Below, in pieces: positions 39,207 through 48,246 of a stretch of DNA of 64,000 nucleotides. The notes below the pieces were generated by a model. That model searched no databases and was not told the DNA's origin. It saw only the letters and a program-made list of their open reading frames with translations. This stretch comes from an uncultured Planctomycetales bacterium (GTDB lineage: Bacteria; Planctomycetota; Planctomycetia; Pirellulales; Thermoguttaceae), in contig CALGFD010000001.1 of assembly GCA_937881075.1 (NCBI GenBank), positions 53,798-117,797 of the forward strand, in the 5' to 3' direction. Made by a program: the position numbers and the translations under genes. Position 1 is the first letter of the stretch. Each line of letters opens with the position of its first letter.

Positions 39207-40325
39207 TCACCCCGCCGGCAAAATGATCCCGTTGAGGATCAGCCACCAGCGGGTGCAGTGGAAGAACACCGGCGCGGCGAAGCAGATCGAGTCCAGTCGG
39301 TCCAGCACGCCGCCATGCCCTTCGACTAGCGTTCCGAAGTCTCTAACGCCGCGGTCGCGCTTGATGGCCGACATGGTGATGCTGCCGGCGAAACCCATCA
39401 ACGAGATCACCGCCGACATCACCGGCGACATCCACCAACTCGTGCCGTGGAAAGGGGTCGCCCACCAGAGCACGGCCCCGACTAGCATTACGCTCAGGGT
39501 GCCGCCGAGCAGCCCTTCCCAGGTCCGCGTGGCGTTGATCGTCGGCACAATCACGTGCTTGCTCGGCAATTGCGACCAGGCGTATTGCAGGGCGTCGCTC
39601 AATTGCACGATCAGCACGAAGAAGAACAGCAGCCGGATATTGCCGCTGCTGTCGGCGAATAGAAAATCTTCGCGGTCGGCCCGCAGGCTGCGATGCTCGC
39701 TCCCAGGCGTCTTCGCCGCTTCGATCGCCAGCGTGGCCGGCGTCTCTCGGCCCAGTCGTCTTGATTCCGCCTGCCGGGCCTGCGCCCCGGGGGTGATCGG
39801 CAATGTCAGCAGCGCGGGGGCATAGCTCAGGCAGTAGACGCAGATCAACAGGCCTGCCTGGATCTTTGCCGTTCGCTCCAAGAACCGCTTGTAGTCGCCC
39901 GCCATCGCGATCCGCGCGGGGATGAACAGGAACGCGTAGACCGGCACCACAATGCTGTACAGTCCGTAGAGGCTGTAGCCCCAACCCACCAAGAAGAATT
40001 GCAGGGGCGTGATCAAGAAAAACACCCAAAACAGCGTGCGGTGGTCGCCGGGCCTCGTCGGCGTCAGGGTGATGAACTCGCGCAGCGCCCAGAACGAGAT
40101 CAGCCCGAACAAGGCCACGGTGACCACGTGGCCCAACAAGAACGCGGCGGCCAGGGCGGCGAACAGAATCCACCATGCCCGGACCCGCAGCCGGAACGTT
40201 TCGAGGATGGCCGGGTCAATGCCGCTTTCCGGTCGCCGGCGGAGCAACTTGACGATCGCCCACGACGTGCCGAGCAGAATCAGCACCGCACCAATCAGAC
40301 TAAGGGTTCTAACGTCGGAAATCAC
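39207..40325 (-). CDS. cdsA: phosphatidate cytidylyltransferase
   Basis: C-terminal CdsA signature IKRDRGVRDFGTLVEGHGGVLDRLDSICFAAPVFFH and multiple TM helices. At 372 aa it is longer than usual because of a hydrophilic insertion. Confidence 0.85.
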   Translation of the reverse strand: MISDVRTLSLIGAVLILLGTSWAIVKLLRRRPESGIDPAILETFRLRVRAWWILFAALAAAFLLGHVVTVALFGLISFWALREFITLTPTRPGDHRTLFWVFFLITPLQFFLVGWGYSLYGLYSIVVPVYAFLFIPARIAMAGDYKRFLERTAKIQAGLLICVYCLSYAPALLTLPITPGAQARQAESRRLGRETPATLAIEAAKTPGSEHRSLRADREDFLFADSSGNIRLLFFFVLIVQLSDALQYAWSQLPSKHVIVPTINATRTWEGLLGGTLSVMLVGAVLWWATPFHGTSWWMSPVMSAVISLMGFAGSITMSAIKRDRGVRDFGTLVEGHGGVLDRLDSICFAAPVFFHCTRWWLILNGIILPAG

Positions 40326-40360
40326 TGCCTGGCCGTATCGGTGTACAAGGTCCTGTTAGT

Positions 40361-40431
40361 TGTCATTCTGAGCGAAGCGAAGAATCTTGCTAACTTGCGG
40401 CTAGATCCCTCGCCGCGCTCAGGATGACAAG
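40361..40431 (+). repeat. copy 2 of the R2 palindromic element (inverted relative to copy 1), between cdsA and plsC
   Basis: ttgtcattctgagcgaagcgaagaatcttgctaacttgcggctagatccctcgccgcgctcaggatgacaa. The 14-bp arms TTGTCATTCTGAGC / CGCTCAGGATGACAA flank a 40-nt interior. Confidence 0.7.
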
Positions 40432-40457
40432 TGTTTGCCTTTGTCCTGTGTTGTCTT

Positions 40458-41075
40458 CTAATCCAATTCCTTCAACGACCGCACTGCTTCCCGTGCCCGG
40501 GCGAGAAAATCGACCTTCGCCTCGCCCGCTTCGAGCCACATCGGCGGGCCAAACGTAATGCAACTCAACATCGGCACGGGCAGCACTTCGCCGCGGGGCA
40601 AAATGCGATTCATGTTGTCCAGGTGCACCGGAATCAGTTCCAGGTCGGGCCGCTTCTTGCACAGATAATACAGTCCGCTCTTGAACTCGTTAATCTCACG
40701 ACCGTCGCTACGACCACCCTCGGGAAAAACGATCAGCGAATACGTCTGGCCAATCTCGCGTATCATCAGATCCACCGGGCTCTGATGGACTTTGATCTCC
40801 TCGCGGTCGATCAAAATCGCGTTGAACAACTGGTTGGCCAGGTATCGCCGGACCGGCCCTTTGGTCCAATAGTCCTTGGCAGCCACCGGGCGGGTGATCG
40901 TTCGTACCGCCTGCGGCAGCGACGACCAAATCACGATCGCGTCCAAATGGCTGGTGTGATTAGCGAAATACACCCGCTGGCAGGTGTCGGGCTGCGAATC
41001 GACCCACCGCACGCTAGCCCCGCTCAGGAAGCGGGCCAGCAGGGCTAAAAAATTCCTCGAGATATTCGTGTCCAT
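40458..41075 (-). CDS. plsC: 1-acyl-sn-glycerol-3-phosphate acyltransferase
   Basis: HXXXXD acyltransferase motif (NHTSHLD) and FPEGGRS motif; 205 aa. Adjacent to cdsA (phospholipid-synthesis pair). Confidence 0.8.
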   Translation of the reverse strand: MDTNISRNFLALLARFLSGASVRWVDSQPDTCQRVYFANHTSHLDAIVIWSSLPQAVRTITRPVAAKDYWTKGPVRRYLANQLFNAILIDREEIKVHQSPVDLMIREIGQTYSLIVFPEGGRSDGREINEFKSGLYYLCKKRPDLELIPVHLDNMNRILPRGEVLPVPMLSCITFGPPMWLEAGEAKVDFLARAREAVRSLKELD

Positions 41076-41284
41076 GCACCGCCACCTGTTGACGTGCTAT
41101 CGTACTGTGCTTGCCCGCCGACGCCAAGAATGTGCCTCAGTAGAGGGGGCGAGGAAGGCGGAAGGATTAAGGATTAAAGGCAGGGATCCACCGCCGGCAA
41201 CTCGGTAACTCTGTTTAGCGGCCGGCGGCACGTCGGCCTAACGATCAGCGGCGAGTCGGCAGGGCGGGAGATGACCGCGGAACA

Positions 41285-42532
41285 TTACTCGCCCCTCTCC
41301 CCACCACCGGTACCACTTCCCAGGCCGGCGTACCGAGCGCTGGCGGCCGACCAAGAGGGGAGTTGCTGACACGATCCGGCTTTGGCCGTATACGTGTTCC
41401 TCAGCAGGTTCTCATAGCCCTGAACCATCCGCTCGATCGACCAATGAGCAATTACGTGCTCCCGCCCGGCCCGGCCGAGCCGGTCGGCCGCCGGCCGGTT
41501 CCGTAACAAGGCAATCACGCGATCGGCCATGCTCCGCGCGTCGCCGGGAGGCACCAGGTACCCGGTCCTTTCGTTCAACACGGTCTCGGTGACCGAGCCG
41601 ACGCAGGTGGCCACCACCGGCTTCTCGCTGGCCATCGCCTCCAACAGGCAAATCGGGTTGGCCTCCATGTGCGAAGTCAGCAGCACGACGTCGATCAGCG
41701 AGAGCAGTTCGGGAACGTCGCTGCGCGTGCCAAGGAACCGGACCGATTCGGCGATTCCCAGTCCCTGGGCCAACGATTCCAGCTTTGCTCGCTCGGGACC
41801 GTCGCCGATAATCAAAAATTGGGCCGCGGGAATTTTCGGCTGCACCAGCGAGGCCACCCGCAGGAACATCTCGTGGTTCTTCTCCGGCCGCAGCGCGGCG
41901 ATGATCCCCACGGTAGGCCTGTTGGGCGGCAAACCGAGTTCTTTTTGCAGGCGGGCCTCCGGCCAGCGGGGATGGAACCGCTCGATGTCCACGCCATTGG
42001 GAATCACGCAGACTTTCGCCTCCGGACAGCCTTCGTGCTCGGCCAGGTATCTTCCGTGTGGCTCGGCCACCGCGATGAATCCGTCGGTGATCGGCGCCAG
42101 CAGTCGGTTGAGCAATTCGACGTGGTCGGGCAGCCCTGTGCTATGCAGCGACGAGCAGATGACCGGCACACCCGCGAGCCAGGCCGCCAGCCGACCCCAA
42201 AACATCTTGTCGCCGCCCGTGCCGACGGTGACCACGGCGTCCATCCGCCGCTCGCGCATCAATCGGGTGAGTCGCCAAAGCACTCGGATGTCATATTTCT
42301 GCGCCAGCAGCCCGGTATGCGCGGGAATCTCGTCAGCCAATACCTCGCCCAAGGGCCCCAGGTATTTCAAGCAACATAGTTCGGGGGCGAAGCGATCGCG
42401 ATCCAGCCGCCGCACGAGTTCAACCAAAGCCGTTTCGGCGCCACCGACGGGCATGCTGGTAATAACGAACATCACCCGCAGGGGGCCACGGTCGGCCAGG
42501 GGAACCAGTTTCTTTCGCCGTCGATGAAGCAT
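41285..42532 (-). CDS. GT4-family glycosyltransferase
   Basis: GT-B fold with the E-X7-E motif (EANPICLLEAMASEKPVVAT). The start is ambiguous among M1 (42595), M22 (42532) and M42 (42472). Confidence 0.75.
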   Translation of the reverse strand: MLHRRRKKLVPLADRGPLRVMFVITSMPVGGAETALVELVRRLDRDRFAPELCCLKYLGPLGEVLADEIPAHTGLLAQKYDIRVLWRLTRLMRERRMDAVVTVGTGGDKMFWGRLAAWLAGVPVICSSLHSTGLPDHVELLNRLLAPITDGFIAVAEPHGRYLAEHEGCPEAKVCVIPNGVDIERFHPRWPEARLQKELGLPPNRPTVGIIAALRPEKNHEMFLRVASLVQPKIPAAQFLIIGDGPERAKLESLAQGLGIAESVRFLGTRSDVPELLSLIDVVLLTSHMEANPICLLEAMASEKPVVATCVGSVTETVLNERTGYLVPPGDARSMADRVIALLRNRPAADRLGRAGREHVIAHWSIERMVQGYENLLRNTYTAKAGSCQQLPSWSAASARYAGLGSGTGGGERGE

Positions 42533-42555
42533 CGCAATCGGTGCCAATAGGGGAT

Positions 42556-42660
42556 TTATTGAGGTTCGGAAAGCATTTTTCGGGTGGCCGACCAACGCGA
42601 GCCGGTAAACAGGAACTTCTGGCTCCGAACGCCCGACGTGATCTACCTGCTTCCCAATTA
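42556..42660 (+). repeat. copy C of the R1 element (most divergent copy)
   Basis: tattgaggttcggaaagcatttttcgggtggccgaccaacgcgagccggtaaacaggaacttctggctccgaacgcccgacgtgatctacctgcttcccaatta. Shares the R1 core (ggccggtaaacagga...gaacgcccgacgt...tacctg). Lies between divergent genes. Confidence 0.7.
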
Positions 42661-42810
42661 GTTGTCGCCGGCACGGGGACTCGTTGCCTTGCGCAAGTAT
42701 GGCATTTTTTGCTGACCCTGGCGGGTGCCGGCTTTGTTGGTTGCGCCGGGAAATCGGAGTCTTCGGCCGTCTTTCGGGGTGGGGGGGATGGACCAGCGGG
42801 AAAGAATGTC

Positions 42811-43995
42811 GTGCGTCGGGAACTTACAAGCCATGCTTCAGTAGGCCGCTTTGGAAGGAGTCTGCCGATTAGCACTTTGCGAACCTTTTTGCTGACCTCC
42901 GTCGCGGAGCTACGAGCGAGTTCGACTGCTTGGGACGACCTCTGGTGTCGCAGCAATGTCGAATCGCCCATGCTGCGTGCCGAGATTGTGGCCCAGTGGT
43001 TGGAGCAGTTCTGCCCGAATTCTCTTTTTCGGGCCGTTGTGGTGGACGACGGCCAGCGCTGGCAGGCGGTGCTGCCGTTGTCGGAAACGCGCGTTGGGCG
43101 GGTCTTGTCCGCCGGTGGGCTGACCTGCGACCCTTGGGCCCCTTGCGGCGATTTGCTCTGTGATCAGGCCGGCGACGTTGCCGCCACGATGGACCAATTG
43201 GTGCGGGGATTGCGCCAACTGCCTTGGCAACTCCTGTGGCTGAACGATGCCCAACCCGAAGCGCCACAATGGCAAGCCTTCACCGCGGCCTGTCGCCGAG
43301 CAGGCGTGGCTTGCGAGCACCATGAACGCTTCCACATCGGCCGCCTGGCGATCGAAGGCTCGTGGGAAGCCTATCAAAAAAGGTTGGGTAAGAGCCATCG
43401 CCAAACCGTTCTGCGATCGATTCGGCGATTGTCCGCCGAGGGTGACCTGCAGTTCGAGATGCTTACGCCCACCGATGCGGCCGCTCTCGAGCACCTCCTC
43501 CGCGAGGCATTCGCGATCGAAAATCTGAGTTGGAAAGGGAAGGAAGGGACCTCGATCCTGCAGACCCTAGGCATGTTTGAGTTCTTTGTCCGCCAGGCAA
43601 CCCGATTGATGGCGAACGGAGAGATGCGCCTGGCCTTGCTCCGTTACAATGGGCGAATACTGGCTTTCATCTATGGCTTCGCCGCCAAAGGCGTCTTTTT
43701 TGGCCACAAGATCGGCTACGACCCCCAGTTCTACAAACACAGCCCCGGCCAAGTCCTGTTCTTTTGGCTCATCGAGCAATTCTACGCGAAAGGCGACGTG
43801 CAGTATCTCGACTTCGTCGGGCCCATGACCGAATGGCTGTCGCGCTGGCGGCCTGACACATATCCGGTGGGCCGAATCGTCGTCGCTCCGCGACGCTTGA
43901 TCGGTCGTACGGCGCTGTTTGCCTACAAGAACCTTTGGCGGCGCTACCGCAAACATCCAACTCCCGCCACGGTTGCTGCGGATGACTCGGAATAA
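42811..43995 (+). CDS. CelD/FemAB/BioF2-like GNAT-fold acetyltransferase
   Basis: N-terminal W..LW / SP...W..W pattern (AWDDLWCRSNVESPMLRAEIVAQWLEQF) and a C-terminal GNAT-like region typical of the CelD-like family in exopolysaccharide loci. The start is uncertain (GTG at about 42811, or ATG at 42970); it cannot lie upstream of the R1 repeat. Confidence 0.65.
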   Translation: MRRELTSHASVGRFGRSLPISTLRTFLLTSVAELRASSTAWDDLWCRSNVESPMLRAEIVAQWLEQFCPNSLFRAVVVDDGQRWQAVLPLSETRVGRVLSAGGLTCDPWAPCGDLLCDQAGDVAATMDQLVRGLRQLPWQLLWLNDAQPEAPQWQAFTAACRRAGVACEHHERFHIGRLAIEGSWEAYQKRLGKSHRQTVLRSIRRLSAEGDLQFEMLTPTDAAALEHLLREAFAIENLSWKGKEGTSILQTLGMFEFFVRQATRLMANGEMRLALLRYNGRILAFIYGFAAKGVFFGHKIGYDPQFYKHSPGQVLFFWLIEQFYAKGDVQYLDFVGPMTEWLSRWRPDTYPVGRIVVAPRRLIGRTALFAYKNLWRRYRKHPTPATVAADDSE

Positions 43996-44001
43996 GGTCC
44001 G

Positions 44002-45543
44002 CTACACCTGCCGGCGGCTGAAACGCCGACTCAGGCCGTCCCAGCCAAACCGGCGGGCATAGTCGGCGGCCCCTTCGGCCAATTGTCGCCGCTCTTCGCC
44101 CGACAGCAGAATTCGACCCCAAGCCGCGTCGAAGCAAACGATCAGCAGGGCTGCCGCCGAGGCCCAGGGGCCGAACCAAATCGCCACCGGCAACACAAGC
44201 ACGAGCATCGCGCCGCGGTCGAGGCGGAAGCCGTGGCGACGGTTGAACCAGCAGATCATCAACAGCGTCAGGGCATTGGCGGCGGTGGTCGAAAGCACGG
44301 CGCCATGCAAGCCGAAGCGCGGCAGCAACTCGATATTCAAAAGCACGTTCAGCCCTAGCCCAGCGGCCAGCGCTGCGCCGACCAAACCGGCCCGCTCGGC
44401 GCAAAGCAGGTAATTCTGCGCGAACAAGGACAGCCCAAACCACGTGCAAAAGACCAGCGCCCAAGGCAGCACCGCTTGCCCCTCGGGGAACTTGCCCTTG
44501 AAGGCAATCTGGAACAGCAGCGGCCCGGCCACCTGCACGGCGACCGCCGCGGCAAATAACGCCACACCGAAAACCTTCAAGAACAACCGCAGGCGGGCGG
44601 CCACCAAGTCGCGACGCCCCGCCTCCCAATCGTGGCTCAAGTGGGGCATGCTCATGGTCGCCAGCATCGAGGCGATCGAAATCAGCAGCAGCGGCACCAC
44701 CCGCGACGCGTGGTAATTGCCGACAATGTCGAGTGCTGCCGAGGCGGTTGTGGAGGAGAAATGGACGATCATATAGCGATCGACCACCGCGAAGGCGTTG
44801 GTCAAAATGCAGCCGAGCAACACCCAGGCGGCGAACGGACCGATGCGGTTCCACATCGCCGCATGGGGCAACGGAGCGGCGTCGTGGGGCACCGCCCGCC
44901 AGAGCCGACCGAGTGGTCGAGCTCCCCAGGCGACCGTCACAAGGCATGCCCCCGCATAGGCCGCCAACACGGCGCCGGCGGTGCACTCCCAGGTCAGTAG
45001 CATGGCCACCCCCAGCACGGCAAAAGCAGCGCTGTTGATCAGCTGCATGCCCGAAACCAGTCGGATATTACGGGCGGCCGTGAACAGCTCAATCATGAAA
45101 TTGTAGGCGACCACCAGCGCCAGCGTTCCCGCCGCCAAGGCGATCAGGTTGGCTTGCTCAACGCTGCCAAAAACCAGCACGGCGAACGGCCGGCGCAGAA
45201 GCACCAGGGCCAGGCTGCCGAGGATCCCCAGCCCGCCGCAAGCCAGGATCATCCGCCGCAGAAAAAGGTGCATTTGGCCCCGCTGCCGAAAATGTTCCAA
45301 GTACCGCCCAAACGATCCTGGAATCGCTAACACTGTGATCGGGGATGCCAGTACCAGCAGGCTAAACGCCATGTCCCACATCCCCAATTGCTCGGCATTC
45401 AGCCAGCGGCAAAACAACACCGCACGGACAAAGCCGACCAACCGCTGGACGACGTTCATCGCCAACAAGATCAGCACACTGTCGACCAGCGTGTTGGTCG
45501 GCAGCGGCATCGTCGTGGCCGAATATTCGGAACTGTCCTGCAT
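44002..45543 (-). CDS. polysaccharide biosynthesis protein, MOP-superfamily flippase (Wzx-like)
   Basis: About 12 predicted TM helices, with flippase-like N-terminal TM1 (LILLAMNVVQRLVGFVRAVLF). Start set at MQDSSEY...; the 5' extension in the track is Arg/Pro-rich. Confidence 0.75.
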   Translation of the reverse strand: MQDSSEYSATTMPLPTNTLVDSVLILLAMNVVQRLVGFVRAVLFCRWLNAEQLGMWDMAFSLLVLASPITVLAIPGSFGRYLEHFRQRGQMHLFLRRMILACGGLGILGSLALVLLRRPFAVLVFGSVEQANLIALAAGTLALVVAYNFMIELFTAARNIRLVSGMQLINSAAFAVLGVAMLLTWECTAGAVLAAYAGACLVTVAWGARPLGRLWRAVPHDAAPLPHAAMWNRIGPFAAWVLLGCILTNAFAVVDRYMIVHFSSTTASAALDIVGNYHASRVVPLLLISIASMLATMSMPHLSHDWEAGRRDLVAARLRLFLKVFGVALFAAAVAVQVAGPLLFQIAFKGKFPEGQAVLPWALVFCTWFGLSLFAQNYLLCAERAGLVGAALAAGLGLNVLLNIELLPRFGLHGAVLSTTAANALTLLMICWFNRRHGFRLDRGAMLVLVLPVAIWFGPWASAAALLIVCFDAAWGRILLSGEERRQLAEGAADYARRFGWDGLSRRFSRRQV

Positions 45544-45665
45544 TGCGCGGCTATTGGATAGGGAATAGGCGAGGAAAGAGACGGAGGGATGGCGATCGAC
45601 GCGAGCAGCTCCGCCGGGGCCGCCGGAAACGGGCGGTTGTGCTCCCTTTGCTCCGAATTCCTTCC

Positions 45666-46571
45666 TCAAACCTCGGCCAACTGTCTGGTTTGCTTGTCCG
45701 GCTTCACTTCTGCCGCGGCAACGCTCGGCAATGTTTGCTGATAGGTGAAACGGGGCGTACGCAGCTTTCGTGGATCCATCGTTACCCAATTCTTCAGCCG
45801 GATCATCGTCCCATCTGGACCGATTCGTTGCAAGTGGAAGGGGTCGTCGCCGGGGAAGTTGTAGCCGCCATAGGCCGAACAAACGGCCTCGAAACCGGCC
45901 TCCCGGGCCAGTTGAAAAGCGGCCGAACTCATATTGTCATGCTGGCCAAAGGGAAAAGCAAAATATCGCACCGGTCGTCCCAACGCCCGCTGCATTTCTT
46001 CTTTGGCCTCGACCATCTCATAGTGCAATAGACGGGGATCGGTAATCTTCCCCAGGTCGGCATGTGTGTAGGCGTGACCGCCGATCTCAACACCGGCTGC
46101 CGCCATTGCCTTCAACTGCTCCAGGCTGTTTGGCGCCAGACGCTGTCCCAGCACGAGATCGTGGGAAAAGGGTTCCTCGTGCACGACATTCTGCAAGGTG
46201 GCAAAATAGGTGCAGGGAATTTGTTCCTTGATCAAGAACGGAATGGCCTCCCGACAATTATCGGCGTAGCCGTCGTCAAAGGTGATGCTCACGCAGGGAC
46301 GGAAATTGCACCCCTGCCGCAACCGTCGCTGCACCTCCTCCAAGGAGACAAACTCGAACGACTTGGCGAGCCATTGGATCTGTCGTCGGAAGACGGCGTT
46401 GGGCATCGTCCACGGCGTCGCCCGATCATCGGCAATCCGATGGTAGAAGAGGACCATCGCCGGCAGGTGGTCTCGTGAGACCTCACGCCAATAATTCCAC
46501 ACCCGCACCGGATAGCTGGCGTGGTAGTACAAGTGAAGCATCGCGAGTCGCAGGTCGAAGGTTATGGCCAT
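45666..46571 (-). CDS. polysaccharide deacetylase (NodB-homology, CE4)
   Basis: TFDDGY motif 1 and H..H-type metal motif (GGHAYTHADL). Start at MAITFDLR. Confidence 0.75.
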   Translation of the reverse strand: MAITFDLRLAMLHLYYHASYPVRVWNYWREVSRDHLPAMVLFYHRIADDRATPWTMPNAVFRRQIQWLAKSFEFVSLEEVQRRLRQGCNFRPCVSITFDDGYADNCREAIPFLIKEQIPCTYFATLQNVVHEEPFSHDLVLGQRLAPNSLEQLKAMAAAGVEIGGHAYTHADLGKITDPRLLHYEMVEAKEEMQRALGRPVRYFAFPFGQHDNMSSAAFQLAREAGFEAVCSAYGGYNFPGDDPFHLQRIGPDGTMIRLKNWVTMDPRKLRTPRFTYQQTLPSVAAAEVKPDKQTRQLAEV

Positions 46572-46617
46572 GAGGTAGATGTGCTGATGAAGTAGGAGGA
46601 AGTGGGCCCTGGGTGCA

Positions 46618-47928
46618 TTACTCGCTCGTCGAGCAAGCCATTGTCCTTTCTTCGCTGGAATTCTGCGGCGGGCAGGTGGCGTAGTCCGGTCCCTTGCGCC
46701 CGATCCCACGTTTCACCCATTTTTTCAAGTTCTTTCCCGCCATCCAGACCCCGTGTCGGACCCGCGCGACCGTCTTGTCCGGCACGATCCGATAGTCGAG
46801 CATCGGTTGCGGTTGCCCACCGAATCGTCGCTTGTATGGTTCGTCGCCTCGCAGGAAATCGAAGGCCCGATAGCCGCCGGCGATGGCCTGACGCACGCTC
46901 ACCAGATTGTGTAACTTGCCCGGCTCGCATTCGGAAGCATTCGGGTCCATGCCGACAACGTAGGCGTACATCACACCCGCCCCGACGAGTTGGTACTCGG
47001 CGGCAACCGGTTGGCCATCAATTTCCAGCCAACAAAGGTTCAGGTTGCCGCGCCGCAGCAGGTCGGGCACGACCGAGTGGTAGAACGCCGCAAACTTCGA
47101 TCGCGCAAAACACCCCGCTTCGCCCAACGCCTTGCGACGTCGTTGGTGCAAGTCGACGAGAACCGCCATCGCTCGCGGCAGGTCTTCCAGGCAGGTCGCC
47201 ACATGCAATTGGGCCCGTTGCGAATCGAGAAACTGCCTCTCCAACCGTCGCAAATCGCGCCGCAGGTTCTTGCTCTCCAGCGAACAGAGATACGCTTCCC
47301 AGTCGGCCGGCAATTCCAAACGCCAGCAAGGCATGCCCGGCTGGCAATGAATCGAGCATCCGGCAATCGCCAGGTAGCTGACCAGGGCACCCATGGTGCG
47401 ATCGGCAGCGTCCACGGCATTGAGGGCCAGCAGGTCCCACTCCAAACCCTGCACGCCGCAGCCGTTGGCAGCGTGGAGCAGGTAATCGGCCAGCGCTTCG
47501 AGCACGGCGTCTTCCCGTGCTGGCTGGCAGAGCACGCTCAAGTATTCCGAGCAAGCGTCGCCCGAGCCTAGTGGTCGCAACACCCGTCCGGTACGCGTCG
47601 AACGTTCGAGGTACCATGGCGCAATGCCAACCAGCTTGTCTTGATCGTCAAAGGCGCAGAGCGTTGCCAGTTGCCGCCGCTGAGCCTCCGTCTCGTTCTG
47701 CGGACCGTAGCACCGCCACCAATTCGAGAGCCAGGTCCAACTTCGAAACGGAACGCCGGCCGACAATCGGTCCCAATCCTCGGCGTACGGTTCCAAGTCA
47801 GTCAGTGTGGTCGGGCATTCAATCCGCACGGCTGCGTGCCCCTTTCTCTGAATTCCGCCTACGAGTTGTCCCATGGTCCAGTAGTTGCTCTTCGCAAGCC
47901 ACGGATCCTTGCCTTCCGCCAAGCCCAA
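46618..47928 (-). CDS. second CelD/FemAB-like GNAT-fold acetyltransferase
   Basis: Same N-terminal signature (EDWDRLSAGVPFRSWTWLSNWWRCYG) and overall architecture as the 42811..43995 product. Confidence 0.65.
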   Translation of the reverse strand: MGLAEGKDPWLAKSNYWTMGQLVGGIQRKGHAAVRIECPTTLTDLEPYAEDWDRLSAGVPFRSWTWLSNWWRCYGPQNETEAQRRQLATLCAFDDQDKLVGIAPWYLERSTRTGRVLRPLGSGDACSEYLSVLCQPAREDAVLEALADYLLHAANGCGVQGLEWDLLALNAVDAADRTMGALVSYLAIAGCSIHCQPGMPCWRLELPADWEAYLCSLESKNLRRDLRRLERQFLDSQRAQLHVATCLEDLPRAMAVLVDLHQRRRKALGEAGCFARSKFAAFYHSVVPDLLRRGNLNLCWLEIDGQPVAAEYQLVGAGVMYAYVVGMDPNASECEPGKLHNLVSVRQAIAGGYRAFDFLRGDEPYKRRFGGQPQPMLDYRIVPDKTVARVRHGVWMAGKNLKKWVKRGIGRKGPDYATCPPQNSSEERTMACSTSE

Positions 47929-48246
47929 GTCTCGGTCGAATACCCAAGTCTCTGTTATGCCACGGTATAAGCAAATTCTTTCTTGTCTGGCTCGCGCGTC
48001 CTAATCCCGGTTTTTCGACTTGTCTCCCTGGCAAGTTGTCGACTTTTGGCAACGTTCGGCAACGCCACGTAGCACGGCGGCCACTTCCTGAGGTAAATGC
48101 TTCGGCCCACCCGCATCGCTTGGGTCGCTATAACCACTTGCCATGCAAGTAGTTCCGCCAACAGCAAAGACCCGGGGTCGCGTTGCGGCATCGCCTTTGC
48201 ATCCACTCGGCGATAACCGGATCAATCCTACATGGAAAGACAAGCC

